The notes under the pieces: model-generated
Told to the model about the DNA's origin: nothing
Database searches by the model: none
The model's input: the letters and a program-made list of their open reading frames with translations, nothing else
Part shown: in pieces, positions 11,795 to 25,893 of the stretch
Numbering within the stretch: position 1 is the stretch's first letter
Layout of the letters: every line of letters starts with the position of its first letter
Translations under genes and position numbers: made by a program
Source of the DNA: Leucoraja ocellata
Lineage: Eukaryota
Reading direction: 5' to 3'
Length of the DNA stretch: 64,000 nt
NCBI GenBank assembly: GCA_036785375.1
Contig: JAWMAR010000879.1
Span: 372,001-436,000, forward strand

Positions 11795-14190
11795 AACATA
11801 GAAACGTAAAAACATAGAAAATAGGTGCAGGAGGAGGCCATTCGGCCCTTCGAGCCAGCATCGCCATTCATTGTGATCATGACTGATCGTCCTCAATCAA
11901 TAACCCGTGCCTGCCTTCTCCCCATATCTCTTGATTCCACTAGCCCCTAGAGTTCTATCTAACTCTCTCTTAAATCCATCCAGTGATTTGGCCTCCACTG
12001 CCCTCTGTGGCAGAGAATTCCACAAATTCACAACTCTCTGGGTGAAAAAGTTTTTTCTCACCTCAGTCTTAAATGGCCTCCACTTTATTCTAAGACTGTG
12101 GCCCCTGGTTCTGGACTTGCCCAACATTGGGAACATTTTTCCTGCATCTATCTTGTCCAGTCCTTTAATAATTTTAAATGTTTCTATAAGATCCCCCTCA
12201 TCCTTCTTAACTCCAGTGATTACAAGCCTAGTCTTTTCAATCTTTCCTCATATGACAGTCCCGCCATCCCAGGGATCAATCTCATGAACCTACGCTGCAC
12301 TGCCTCAATCACAAGGATGTCCTTCCTCAAATTAGGAGACCAAAACTGTACATAATACTCCAGATGTTGTCTTACCAGAACCCTATACAACTGCAGAAGA
12401 ACCTCTCTACTCCTATACTGAAATCCTCTTGTTATGAAGGCCAACATTCCATTAGCTTTCTGCACTGCCTGCTGTACCTGCACGGCAACTTTCAGTGACA
12501 GGTGTACAAGGACACCCAGGTCTTGCTGCACCTCTCCCTTACCTAACCTAACCCCATTGAGATAATAATCTGCCCCCTTGTTTTTGCCGCCAAAGTGGAT
12601 AACCTCACATTTATTTATATTATACTGCATCTGCCACGCATCTGCCCACTCACTCAACCTGTCCAGGTCACCCTGCAACCCCTAACATCCTTTTCACAGT
12701 TCACACTGCCACCCAGCTATGTGTCATCTGCAAACTTGCTAGTGTTGCTCCTAATTCCCTCTTCCAAATCATTAATATATATGGTAAACAGTTGCGGCCC
12801 CAACACCGAGCCTTGCGGCACTCCACTCGCCACTGCCTACCATTCTGAAAAAGACCTGTTCACTCCTACTCTTTGCTTCCTGTCCGCCAACCAATTTTCT
12901 ATCCATGTCAACACCCTACCCCCAATACCAAGTGCTCTAATTTTAGTCACCAGTCTCCTGGCTTTCAAAGGCTTTCTGAAAGTCTAGATACACTACATCC
13001 ACTGGCTTCCCTTCATCCATTTTACATGTCACCTCAAAAAATTCCAGAAGATTAGTCGAGCATGATTTCCCTTTCATAAATCCATGTTGACTTGGACTAA
13101 TCCTTTTACTGCTATCCAAATGCCCCGTTATTACCTCTTTAATAATTGACTCCAGCATCTTTCCCACCACCGAAGTCAGGCTAACTGGTCTGTAATTCCC
13201 CGTTTTCTCTCTCTCGCTCCTTTCTTGAAAAGTGGGATAACATTAGCTATCCTCCAATCCACAGGAACGGATCCTGAATCTATTGAACATTGGAAAATGA
13301 ACACCAATGCGTCCACTATTTCTAGAGCCACCTCCATGAGGACCCTGGGATGCAGACCATCCACCCCAGGGGATTTATCATCCTTCAGTCCCATTTGCCT
13401 ACCCAATACTATTTCTCACCTAATGAAAATTTATTTCAGTTCCTCTACCCCTTTAGATCCTCGGTCCTCCAGTACATCTGGGAGATTGTTTGTGTCTTCC
13501 TTAGTGAAGACAGATCTGAAGTACCTGTTCAACTCTTCTGCCATTTCCTTGTTACCCATAATAATTTCACCCATGTCTGCCTTCAAAGGACCCACATTTG
13601 ACTTTGCTACTCGTTTTCCCTTAACATATCTAAAGAAGCTTTTACTGTCCTTCTTTATATTCCTGGCCAGCTTCCCTTCGTACTTCATCTTTTCAGCCCG
13701 TATTGCCCATTTTGTTTCCTTCTGTTGTCCTATGAAAGTTTCCCAATCCTCTGGCTTCCGGCTACTCTTTGCTGTGTTATACATCTTTTCTTTTAGTTTT
13801 ATTCTATCCCTGCCTTCTCTTGTCAGCCCCGGTTGCCTCCTACTCCCCTTAGAATCTTTTTTCCTTTTTGGAATGAAATGATCCTGCGTCTACCAGATTA
13901 TGCCCAGAAATTCCTGCCACTGCTGTTCCACCGTCATTCCTGCTAGGATCCCTTTCCAGTCTACCTTGGCCAGCTCCCCTCTCATGCCTTCATAGTCCCC
14001 TTTGTTCAACTGCATCAGTGACACTTCCGATTTAACCTTCTCCTTCTCAAATTTTAGATTAAAACTAATCATATTATGATCACTACCTCCATGCGGTTCC
14101 TTTACCTCGAGTTCTCTTATCAAATTTGGTTCATTAAACAACACTAAATCCAGAATTGTCTTTTCTCTGGTCGGCTCCATTACATGCTGC
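11795..14190 (-). mobile_element. CR1 LINE, 5'-truncated, ORF2 with frameshifts
   Basis: Minus-strand fragments include GSDHNMISF (endonuclease end), KSPGVDGLHPRVL, SQHGFMKGKSC, VYLDFQKAF, LEYYVQFWSP and RVVNLWNSLP. The tail is (TTTCTATG)n on the minus strand. Confidence 0.92.
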
Positions 14191-14489
14191 TCTTGTAATG
14201 GTCTTTGGAACAAGTAACCAATAGATTGGTCAAAGAGATAGGTGTTGAGGACCATCTTAAATAAGAGTGGGACAAATGCTCAGAGGTTTAAAGAGGAAAT
14301 CCCAGGATTTTGAACCAAGGCATCGAAAGACAAACATCTCAAAGATGCATATTAATATTGAGAATGCAGACTAGGTCAAATTCAGAGAGTTGCAGAATTC
14401 GCAGAGGGTTGAGGGGTGTAGGAAGTTGCAAGTAAATGGGAGAGGTGAAACCAAGAAGCCATGCCAGACCAAGAACCAATTTACTTTAG

Positions 14490-14985
14490 GGTAGGATCAC
14501 TGCCTTACAGCGCCAGAGACCCGGGTTCGATCCTGCTGTATGTACAAAGTTTGTACGGAGTTCTCCCCATGACCAGCATGGGTTTTCTTTGAGATCTTCG
14601 CTTTCCTCCAAAGGCGTATAGGTTTGTAGGTTAATTGACAGTGCAAATGTATAAATTGTCCCTAGTGTGTGCCGGGTAGTGTTAATGAGTGGGGATCGCT
14701 GGTCGGTGTGGACTCGGTGGATTGAAGGACCTGTTTCCATGCTGTATTTGTAAAACAAAAAACTAAAAGATGGACACAAAGTGCTGGAGTAACTCAACGG
14801 GTCAAGTCGCATCTCTGGACGTGTTGGGCCAGAACCCTTCGGACTCTGTGAGTCTCAAGAAGGATTCTGACCCAAAACATCACCCATCCTTTTTCTCCAG
14901 AGATGCTGCCTGACCTGCTGAGTTACTCCAGCACTTTGCGTCCAACTTCGGTATTACCCAGCATCTACAGTTCCTTCCTACATAT
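14490..14985 (+). mobile_element. HE1-like SINE (about 14490-14765) followed by an inverted pair of Penelope-derived repeats (about 14770-14985)
   Basis: B box GGGTTCGATCC at about 14523. Then GACACAAAGTGCTGGAGTAACTCA...TGAGTTACTCCAGCACTTTGCGTC inverted arms around a degenerate hammerhead core (14854-14881). Confidence 0.7.
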
Positions 14986-15117
14986 CATCACCTGTACTGG
15001 CCCCAGAAAGATGCAAGCGAGACCCAGCAAATTTTGGTGTGAGGCCATATGTGTGGGGTGCAACAGTCATGTGGGGAATTATTGCATGGCAGATAGTTTA
15101 CCACTTATAATAATATA

Positions 15118-16731
15118 CAATGCCCTCCATAATGTTTGGGACAAAGACCCATCATTTATTTATTTGCCTCTGTACACAATTTGAGATTTGTAATTGAAAA
15201 AAATTACATGCTGTTAAAGTGCCCTTTGTCAGATTTTAATAAAGGCCATTTTTATATATTTTGTTTTCCCCATGTAGAAATGACAACAGTGTTTATACAT
15301 AGTCCCCCCCCCCACAGGTTTGTAATTGCTCAGGTGTGTTTAATTGCCTCCTTCAGGCAGGAAAAAGAGAGCTCATAGCACCGAGTCTTTCCTCCAGTCT
15401 TTCCATCACCTTTGGAAACTTTTATTGCTGTTTATCAACATGAGGACCAAAGTTGTGCCAATTAAAATCAAAGAAGCCATTATAAGACTGAGAAACAAGA
15501 ATAAAACTGTTAGACGCATCAGCCAAACCTCAGGCTTACCAAAATCAACTGTTTTGAACATAATTAAGAAGAAAGAGAGCACTGGTGAGCTTACTAATCG
15601 CAAAGGGACTGCCAGGCCAAGGAAGATCTCCACAGCTGATGGCAGAAGAATTCTCTCTATAATAAAGAAAAATCCCCAAACACCTGTCGGACAGATCAGA
15701 AACACTCTTCATGAGTCAGGTGTGGATTTGTCAATGACCACTGTATGCAGAAGACTTCATGAACAGAAATACAGAGGCTACACTGCAAGATGCAAACCAC
15801 TGGTTAGCTGCAAAAATAGGATGGCCAGGTTACAGTTTGCCAAGAAGTACTTAAAAGAGCAACCACAGTTCTGGAAAAAGGTCTTGTGGACAAATGAGAC
15901 GAAGATTAACATATCAGAGTGATGGCAAGAACAAAGTATGGAGGAGAGAAGGAACTGCCCAAGATCCAAAGCATCCCACCTCATCTGTGAAACACGGTGG
16001 TGGGGGTGTTATGACCTGACCATGTCTAGCTGCTGAAGGTACTGGCTCACTTCAGTGATGATACAACTGCTGATGGTAGTAGCATAATGAATTCTGAAGT
16101 GTATAGACACATCCTATCTGCTCAAGTTCAAACAAATGCCTCAAAACTCATTGGCCGGCAGTTCATTCTACAGGAAGACAATGATCCCAAACATACTGCT
16201 AATGCAACAAAGGAGTTTTTCCAAAGAGATAGGTGTTAATGGTTGATGCATGAGTGGCCAAGTCAATCGCCCAATCTAAACCCAATTGAGCATGCCTTTT
16301 ATATGCTGAAGAAAAAACTGAAGGGGACTAGCCCCCAAAATAAGCATTAGCTAAAGATGGCTGCAATACAAGCCTGGCAGAGCATCACCAGAGAAGACAC
16401 CCAACAACTGGTGATGTCCATGAATCGCAGACTTCAAGCAGTCATTGCATGCAAAGGAAATGCAACAAAATACTAAATATGACTACTTTCATTGACATTA
16501 CATTGCTGTGTCCCAAACATTATGGTGCCCTGAAATGGGGGGACTATGTATAAACACTGCTGTAATTTCTACATGGTGAAACCAAAATGTATAAAAGTAG
16601 CCTTTATTAAAATCTGACAATGTGCACTTTAACCATATGTGATTTTTTTCTATTCCAAATCTCAAATTGTGGATTACAGAGGCAAATAAATAAATGATGG
16701 GTCTTTGCCCAAAACATTGTGGAGGGCACTG
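15118..16731 (+). mobile_element. Tc1/mariner DNA transposon with long (about 195 bp) TIRs
   Basis: TA|CAATGCCCTCCATAATGTTTGGGACAAAGACCC... mirrors ...GGGTCTTTGCCCAAAACATTGTGGAGGGCACTG. Encodes an internal transposase. Confidence 0.93.
15440..16476 (+). pseudogene. Tc1 transposase pseudogene
   Basis: MRTKVVPIKIKEAIIRL...ARPRKIS (paired HTH region), VLWTNETK (first catalytic D changed to N), LQEDNDPKH, WPSQSPNLNPIEH, then KGNATKY*. Contains frameshifts and stops. Confidence 0.9.
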
Positions 16732-19426
16732 AATAGGGAATGGGAACTAATAATTCCAGGACACCTCCCCTGGCTAAATCAGAAGTTCAACGTTCAAGGG
16801 AAAACAATCAATGGCAAGACTACAGTTGGGCATTTGCTGTCTCCTTGATTTTCTTTATTTGTTGCTGCCGCATTCCTTGGGTAAAGCCAGCCACTGTCTC
16901 CAGCCTTAAAACTGCACTGGGCAATCCATTTACAATAAGTTAGGTTAAACAAATGGGTTAATCATAGAAGCTTCCTTGAAAATAATATGGAGATTACTAG
17001 CAAAATGTAGTACATTCAAAGTACAACTGCACAATAAAACTGCATGCAGGATAATTGAGCAGTCCAAGTCAAATCATCCTTTGATTGAAAACTTTGACAA
17101 AGGTTCGAAGCTGTAATGCATTTAAAGAGACATGGCAATTTCTCTCAATAGTCCTCTTTTCTTTGAAAAGAGAACAGACTGTCCGATTACCTGTCTTGGG
17201 CAAAGAAGTGGCTAAAATTGATTTGTGGTGTTGGTAGTTTTGGCATGTTTAAATTTATAGTGTGTGAAAGTTAAAATGAGGTAATTGGTTGATGGGCTGC
17301 TAAACACTTACCGGTAAATTCTACATCTTGAGTTAATCCTGTTTGGAAAGACGTTGGCAATCGTGCAACTTTACTGAGCATTAAATATGGTTCTTGTTGC
17401 AGAGAACATGGGGGGAAAGCTCATACTGAGTGTAAAAAAGAGTAGGGTAAATTGTAGTGTGGAGGACAAGAGGTCTGACTTGAGCTGTCAATATGTTTCT
17501 CCTCCCTCACACCTTCCCTGCTCCTGTTAAAGCACATATGATATTGACGTTCACTTCAGTAGTTTCAATGGCTTCTTTCATTGCTTATAAGTTAAAGCTG
17601 CTGGCACCTAATCTCAGTGAAGATTTGGTTACAGAGCAGGATGTAGGAGGGAAGTCAGTAAGCATGGCTGGCCACACCCCTACCCCCTAAGTGAAAGAAT
17701 GCTGAGAATGGGCATACCAGACATACTGAGTGAAGAATTGCATTTCATACCTAAGATGTCTGCTGTTGTTTAGGCACAAGCTAATAAGTAGTAATGCATT
17801 CCATTCAGTTTTATGTGCAAATTTCCTTTAAAGCCACTTCAGGAATGTGTTTCAACAAATCACATACATTAATGACAGTATAAAAATAACTGTACCCCGT
17901 CCAGAAAAAATATAGTTGAAAATAGTTCCAAGATGTTTACCCAACTTATGTTTTAACTAGAACAGTGGGGGGTCACATACACTGTGTATTTACTTTGTTT
18001 GTCTCAAAGCTACAGGATAGTAGACTCTCATTAAAAAATCTTTTGAAATATTGTTACCTAATAGATGTTATTTATAGCTCCCACTTGAATAGAGTATACA
18101 GACACATGTTCCTTGTTGTATCTCACTAACCCCCCCCCCCCCCACCTTGGTTGATTAGAGAAATATTCATAAGTAGGACAACAGAATTTACCTTGGAAAT
18201 TCTAACTGATCCTATTTCACTGATACAGAATCAATATCCATATAATCCAATAAGCCTGGGAATCTATGGATGTATTTTGTATGTAACATAAAGACACAGG
18301 GGATAGATTTAAATGGGAACATTGGATTCATTTTTAGCAGGATACAATAATGAAAAAAAAAAGTTTTTTTTGTTTTTACAAGAGACCTTAGCAGTACACA
18401 AAGAACATTCATGAATGCTCTTGGAATCTAATCAAACATATTCCCTTTGAGTTTCGTGTTGCTGCTCAAGAATTTGAGCCTTATTAATGCCCAGTGCTCA
18501 AAATCTGCCAGCTTCTATGTGTGATAATTTTAGTTAGGTCTTAGTTGTGTGCTGCTTTAGATACAGTAAGCTATATATTCCACCTATCACTTTGGTTCCA
18601 CGACTGTGCACCCTCTAGTGCAGATAAAAGTCAACGTTGAGTCGAGAAATGGTGGTGGAAGCAATAATATCTTTGCATAAGAACAACTAAAATTGATGAC
18701 AATTATAAAACTTAACAAAGCAATCTGCTTTTTCTCTGCTGTGTCACGTATGGATTTGTCATTAATAACATACATACTGTATTTGTATTGAAATTGAATC
18801 AATATGCAGATATAAAGCACAGCAAACATCAGTAGAGGTATTAATAAATCCAATGCAGTAAATTCATATCAGGTGGCATCATAAATGTTTCAACTGTGCA
18901 TTATCTTGATCTGAGCCACGTAAAAATTAGTGTCTTCAAATCAGCCTCAGCTTATTATTTTGTCCCAATCTCAGTTGTTCTTTTTTTGTCATAGGCTATG
19001 TTGTGGTGAATGTTTTGCTGTCAGCAGAAGCATGCCATTGTGAGTCTTGCACTGAAGGATTAGGAAATTTGATTTAATCATTGCAAACTTATCGTGGTAA
19101 TCCTCAGATTTACAGGTTGTAACATAATCATAAATGTATTTTAAAAATTCTTAAGTTCGGAAAAAAAATCATTAACACAATAAATCCCATAACCAACACA
19201 TTAACACCAGTACAATAAATTGTATATTATCCCCAGGGTGATAAGAGAAAGCAGAATGTTCAGAAATAAACTCCAGGACTACAGGAATGTAAGCAATACC
19301 AAAGCAACAATGTTAAATCTGGTTGTCGTTACAGGGAATGGTCACAGATTCTTTTCTCATAATGTCAGCAGCGTAAATGATACAATGCATTACAACAATA
19401 CTAAGATGGTTTGCAAATGTTTCTGA

Positions 19427-19975
<549 letters not shown>

Positions 19976-22158
19976 TCTTTTAATTCTATAAGAATACATA
20001 ACAGCAGCTTGGAAAAGAACATTATCATTTAAACAGTGCCTATTGTACAGTTTTTAACTGGAAGAAAATCTAATGGTATGACTGCTCAGTGAACTCGTAC
20101 AGTATTTCAGGACATTTCTGTACAGTTCAACATATGCACATGACTTGGGCTATTTTTAAGTAACCCCCCCCAACCACCTCCTCCACTGAGAGAACTTAGC
20201 ACCTTGTCCAAATACATGAAGCCTAAATGCACAGCAAAGGAAACTTTGTTTCACAAAGGTGGGCCTTGCACATAATATCTAAGAAGTGGCAGAGTGCAAA
20301 TTGCAGTAATCATTAAAGCAATGTTGTGTGTGGCAAAGAAGTGGCTAAAAATAAGAAAAAAAAAGGACTCTAAGCTTGAAGATGAATAGTCCTAGAAGAT
20401 GTAGCTATCCACTTTAGCGTCTTTTTATGTTGTCTAGGAGCAAAACTGGCTCACAATTAGAGTTGTATGCATTTGGTTGCAACTGTGCATAAAGGGCAGA
20501 CATTTTCGTTTTCTAATACATTTCTTGAGGAATGCCCTTTAAATGTAAATAGACTGAAGTTTTTTTAGTAACCATTTATGTAAGCATTTCTGTTAATTGA
20601 AAGTTTACTGCAGATTTCAAGAGGAGTTTCTGTTCTCTTGAAATGGTTTTGTATATACTTACAACAAAATTGTCTTTCAATTTCAAATGAGATTTATCCC
20701 ATCTGGCTTGGAGCTATTTTATTCCACTATGTTCTTTAATTTGAATATCGTTTACTTATTAATTGAATGGCTCCTTGATCCTGGCCTACAGACATTAAAA
20801 TGGTAATGTCAACATTGGCGTCAATACACTATAGTATCTGTAGTTGTCTGCATACTTGAGAAACAATGGCAATAATTTATATTATTTTAATATTCAAACT
20901 CATGGGTTACTTTAATTAAATGGCAATTCTCCCCTAAAATTAGAATCCTCAAATTATTTAGTTACTAAATATTGTGCAAATGTAAGGATGATGGATATAG
21001 GAATATTCTTTGCAGTTCATGCAAGGAGCATTGGGAATACTATTTGTTAATCACTCATTCCACATTAGTTAGGTTCCCTTAAAACTGATATAGTGTATAT
21101 TTATGTATTATTATTGAAAGAACATTTCTTTGAGGATCAAACAGCAATATTTTATTTAAAGGTATATATTGGTCGAAATATCCTCACACAATTGATACTT
21201 GAAGAATATTATCAAGGGGATATCCAAACATGTTGCTGTGTAACAGCGCTTTACATCTTTACATATCCAAAGCTCTGTTTATCAATCTAAGGATGAGAGC
21301 TTTCTTTTGGCTTTTGTTATAAATTTAACTCATGTTTTCCAGAATTTTGCTTATAATCCAATATGCTAATCGAATTAGGATCGTTGGTGTTTTATAACAG
21401 AATCGGTGCAGTTAGGGCAATACCTTGAAATCATGAAATTATTGCCTCTTAAATATTTTCAAAAGCCCTTTAATCAGTGAATTTAAAGCGTACCTTACTA
21501 TTCAATGCCAGCAGCCAAAAAGGCACGATTTCAGAATTAATGTTTCCTTTAAACAATCAGGTCCACAATGTAAACAAAACAAAAGGCAGAAAGTACTGTT
21601 TATGTTCTACTTATTTTCCTTCACAGTGCATAATCGTGAAGGTGATTTGATGCCCTTTTCAAGTTTATTTTAAGAAACAATAATTAGATGGAAAGATGTT
21701 TCGTTCACTCACTCTACTTCATACACAATTACATCTGTATAGGCATAAGTTTGTGTCTTTTTACATTTGAATATGAACGGCTCTGGTAATAACGAGAAGG
21801 AAACACTTGCACGTAGTGAAAATTTGAAGTAAATGCAGTTGAAAACATACAGCAGACCGTAGATATCATGAATAATGAATCATATTTTAAGCAGGAATAT
21901 CTTGTGGTTTGAGGCATGATTATTTTGACAGAAAAGTGGCTACCATTAAGGTCATTAATCTAGTTTACACTCAGGCAATGTCTAAATTCTCGAGCAGAAA
22001 CTAATTTTAGGCCATTAATTGTTATTATTGAAATGTGGTTAACACTTAAAGTTTTAACTTATATAGCTAAAACCACCTTAGAATTTATTGGCATTACATC
22101 TTTAAGCAAAACTAGTTTGTGTTCAAGTAGTACTAGAAATTAATAACACAGCCAAATA

Positions 22159-22235
22159 ATGACTTCACTTCAGAAGTACTTAATTGGCCATAAAGCACCA
22201 AGGGATGTCCTGAGGCTTGAAAGTTCTTTCCTTTT
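22159..22235 (+). mobile_element. Ancient Deu-domain SINE 3' tail relic
   Basis: CACTTCAGAAGTACTTAATTGGCCATAAAGCACCAAGGGATGTCCTGAGG resembles the AmnSINE1/SacSINE1-type 3' region as recalled; not aligned. Confidence 0.45.
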
Positions 22236-22495
22236 ATTATCATACCAACGTAGAACCTGTATTGATTCAACTGATATACTTGTGCAGAACCTGCCATATA
22301 TTAAAGTAACCCAGGTACATGATATGTTAAAATTGCCATGCCTATAAATCTTAGAAAGATTACACAAAAAAAATGTGTATTCAGTCTTTGTAACTTTAAA
22401 AAAGCACAAAATACATGAGGTACATGAATGCAATATCTTATCCTAATGCTTCCTTAGTTTCAAATGCTTTGTTCTATTCTGAGACTATTTTATGT

Positions 22496-22505
22496 AATAA
22501 ATAAA
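22496..22505 (+). terminator. Proximal poly(A) signal candidate (two overlapping AATAAA)
   Basis: TGTAATAAATAAATG: preceded by TGTA and followed by U-rich sequence. Confidence 0.45.
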
Positions 22506-24255
22506 TGTCAAATATTTTTCAATATTTAGATATAGCAAGCTTTTTTTTTAAACTGTAACATTTTCTTGTGTGAAGCATGCTTTTGTGGACCCAAGGTTCT
22601 ATTTACATTAAAGCTGGACAACTTTATTGATATTATTTATTGCAAGTGGTAGCTTGAAGCAAACCACCAGCCTACATTTATATATCTGTACAGGTAATGA
22701 GTTCGATAGTTTTCAGCAGCATTTAAAAAAGCAGGTGTCAGGTTACACAACTCAAGGTTGAATTAATCAAATCTTACTGCCAGTGCAAGCTGTTACCTAT
22801 TTAATAAGAGGTACTTTATTTGTTTAATGTAATTTTTATTGCTAAGGTGGATTTTTAAACATGTGTTTTTATATAAAATGATTTTTTTTAAACATTCTTT
22901 GTTAGGATGTGATATTTGTAGGGCTGCAGGCAGCAATTTTGGAACAACGCTTAAGATTTTATACAGTCAAAAGCACATCCAACTAGATCCACTATCCACC
23001 AGGTTGATGCAACAATTACTATACATTTGTGATATCATGCAAATTGTATACATGGATTTTTTTCATTCAGTGCAGATTTTCACTCCAGGTATGAACATTT
23101 TGGGGGGATTTCTGATCTGTTAGTTTTCTCTGGTACTAACTGTTAACATGAACTAGCAGAGAATTACAGAGTAATTTAATGTGCAGAAGGGGACTATGCA
23201 GCCATGATAAGAGCTATTTAGATGTATCCTGTTTTCCAGTCTCCGTCAGTGGTCCTGTAGGCTGCTACTTATCAAATGTTCATCAGGATGATGAACATAA
23301 GATGAGAGGTTCTGCCTCCACTACCCTTTCAGGCATTGTACCACAGACCTTCATAATAACAATTAAAAGAACATGTTTCAAATTTCTTCTAAACTTTCTG
23401 CTATTCGCCCATAATCTATGGCCCTGGTTTATCACAGGGTTATGTGACACCTTAGGTGATTCAAAGATACAGTAGACTTCATAGGATTGCCAAATACTTG
23501 ATTGATTTACATGGTGGCAGCAGATAAGTCCAAGTTTAATAAAATAGCAAAAAATAATTGATGGAAGCTTCAATAAACTCTAATAGGATCATGCAATTAC
23601 AATGAATATTCTATATCTTGGAATATTACAGTTCCTTACTATGCCAATATTTTGGATTGGCACTGAATATTAATCTCTCCATTTTCCTTTTTCTTTTGAT
23701 GATGGTAAATAATGTTGTCATTTAATGCAATATCCTACTGTTCCATTGAAAAAATATTGAGTAGGAATGAAATATTATCAGATACAAAATGAAAACCTAG
23801 CATGGGAAAATCAAAACCCCAGATTAAAGTGTATCTGGTTTTGTCTTTGGAAAAGGCTAATCTGCTTTCCTCCAGAAACTAGGAATAGAAACAGGGGTTG
23901 CTGTTATAGAGACAGAAGCACTGATTGAGATATTTGCTGTGTAGAGCAGTTCATGTCAATAATTGATGAGCACAGCTGTATGCTTTGAAAGTTTCTAGTA
24001 TTTGGCAATCATACCACTAATGTAACTGATGGTAAACATAAGCTTGGGTTATAGGTTTCATGCTGATTTGTTTCCAGTGAAAGCCATGTTACAATTTGTT
24101 AACCTAACATTATGAAAACAATACTCTTAATAATGAAAGGCACAGTAGAGCTTAAACTAAAATGACTGAAACAAGTCCAAGGTGAGCCTCATCCATCTCA
24201 GATTTAGTCATGTTATCTTCAACTCTCGATACTCTAAATCACACAAAACTATTTT

Positions 24256-24997
24256 TAGGAATGTTACAACATTTTGAGATTTTAAAAAAATCAAGCCTAT
24301 AATTTATCCCATCAGATAAAGCATAAAAAAACCCCTTTAATATTTACCCAGTTCACTTTCATATCTTCAGTATTAAAAAAGTTATGGTCATTTTCATACT
24401 AGGAAATTAACATCTTGTTCCCTATTGCTTTGTATTGACTTAACTCAAAAGCTGTGATTGAGGACAAGGGCCGTTTTACACAGACACACATACAGATCAG
24501 TCATGGATGCCGCCATGTTCAACAATCCGATCTGCATGTACTGTGGAGGTTTTTAGTCAGATATTTAGCATGAAAATAGTGATCATGGATAGACAATTAC
24601 ACAATACAGATAATGATCATGTTGCCAATATCGGGGCCTAATTAACTTATTTCGCATCATCAGATTAAAATTAAATTACACCTAAAACTAGATAAGGTAT
24701 TAAGTAAACGTCCTACATACCTTTTGTTTTAGCATGAACTTGCGATCCGTGATTTTGAAGGTCTTGAATTTGAGCCCCGACTTTCAAATCCAGCGATTCA
24801 ATAGACCAGCAACGTGCTGAAAAAAAAGCGCGAATGGATGACAGAACGGGATTTCCTCTACATCATAAGCTTGTTGTAAGAGGAAATCCCTCCCTGACAA
24901 CAAAGAAAAACTTGCAATTTACTCCCCCCCCCTCCCCACAGTATCTCGAGTCAGCAAATCTGGGGTGCCACTGACGGCAGGGATTGTAACAATGATA
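24256..24997. mobile_element. Probable non-autonomous DNA transposon in the putative 3'UTR
   Basis: Imperfect terminal inverted repeat TAGGAATGTTACAA / TTGTAACAATGATA (11/14). Internal CpG content is higher than in the flanking UTR. No TSD seen. Confidence 0.4.
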
Positions 24998-25469
24998 CTC
25001 TTTTTTTTGTCTTAAGCAGTTTATCATGCAGTTCATATTTGGTATTCTATAGTTTGTGATGTGAGACACACAATGGAAATCTGAGCTTTCTAACGCAATT
25101 GCTACATAGATAGTTGAGAAAAAAAGCACACATGTTAATCTGTTCATTATTTTTGTTTAAGTAAATCAGACATCATTCTGCAGTTTTGATTTCAATGGTA
25201 TACTTGCACTTCGGCGTTTTAATTTTTTTAACTTTTTATAAAAATACAAGCTTTTTTATTGCTGTTATTCAATAATTGCTTTGTACTGAGTGTACTGTAC
25301 AAATGCATTGTGTTTCCAAGCCATTGCCATCATTGATTATGAATCACTTTGCTATGTCTTAAAAGGGAAGAAAGCTAAGGTAGTGGTTTATGTATCACCA
25401 AACCACAAAATTCCTTGTCTGGCATTTTGTCATGATTGTAACATTGATTTAAGTTTGAATTTCATTATC

Positions 25470-25475
25470 AATAAA
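25470..25475 (+). terminator. Distal poly(A) signal candidate
   Basis: AATAAA preceded by several TGTA motifs and followed by U/GU-rich sequence. Repeats resume about 200 bp downstream. Confidence 0.6.
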
Positions 25476-25893
25476 ATGGCATTTTGTATTAATTCTGTAT
25501 TAACATTCTTGACCATTTGAAGATGCAGCAGAAGGATATGTGACTGTGGGTTAGAGTCAAGGACTTCAAACTTACAATGTTCCTTCCAGATTTCCCTTGT
25601 ACATTCCCTTATAATCTTTTTTGGAGTATTTAGCTGTAGAATTCTTCACTATGGCAGGTTACCTTTGGGCACTTTAAGTGTCATATTTATTGCTGCCTGA
25701 CCTGCTGAGTATTTCCAGCATTTGTTTTATTTCAGATTTCCAACATTTGCTTCACCACTTCATTAGGGCTCCTAGTGGCCCCACTCAGTTAAATGTTGCT
25801 TTGATGTCCAAGGCAGTAACTCTCACCATGCATATGCAAATTAGCTCTTGTATTCTATGTTTGGAGTAAGACTGAAAAGATGCCCAATGCTGC

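Larger units (their letters stand above)
19976..25500 (+). other. RUNX2: Putative RUNX2 3'UTR (extent inferred)
   Basis: AT-rich and almost free of young repeats, unlike the rest of the window. Candidate poly(A) signals at 22496 and 25470. Confidence 0.55.

Noticed and set aside
25764-25780. CTCF site near the RUNX2 3' end
   Set aside because: GGCCACTAGGAGCCC matches only the first half of the core.
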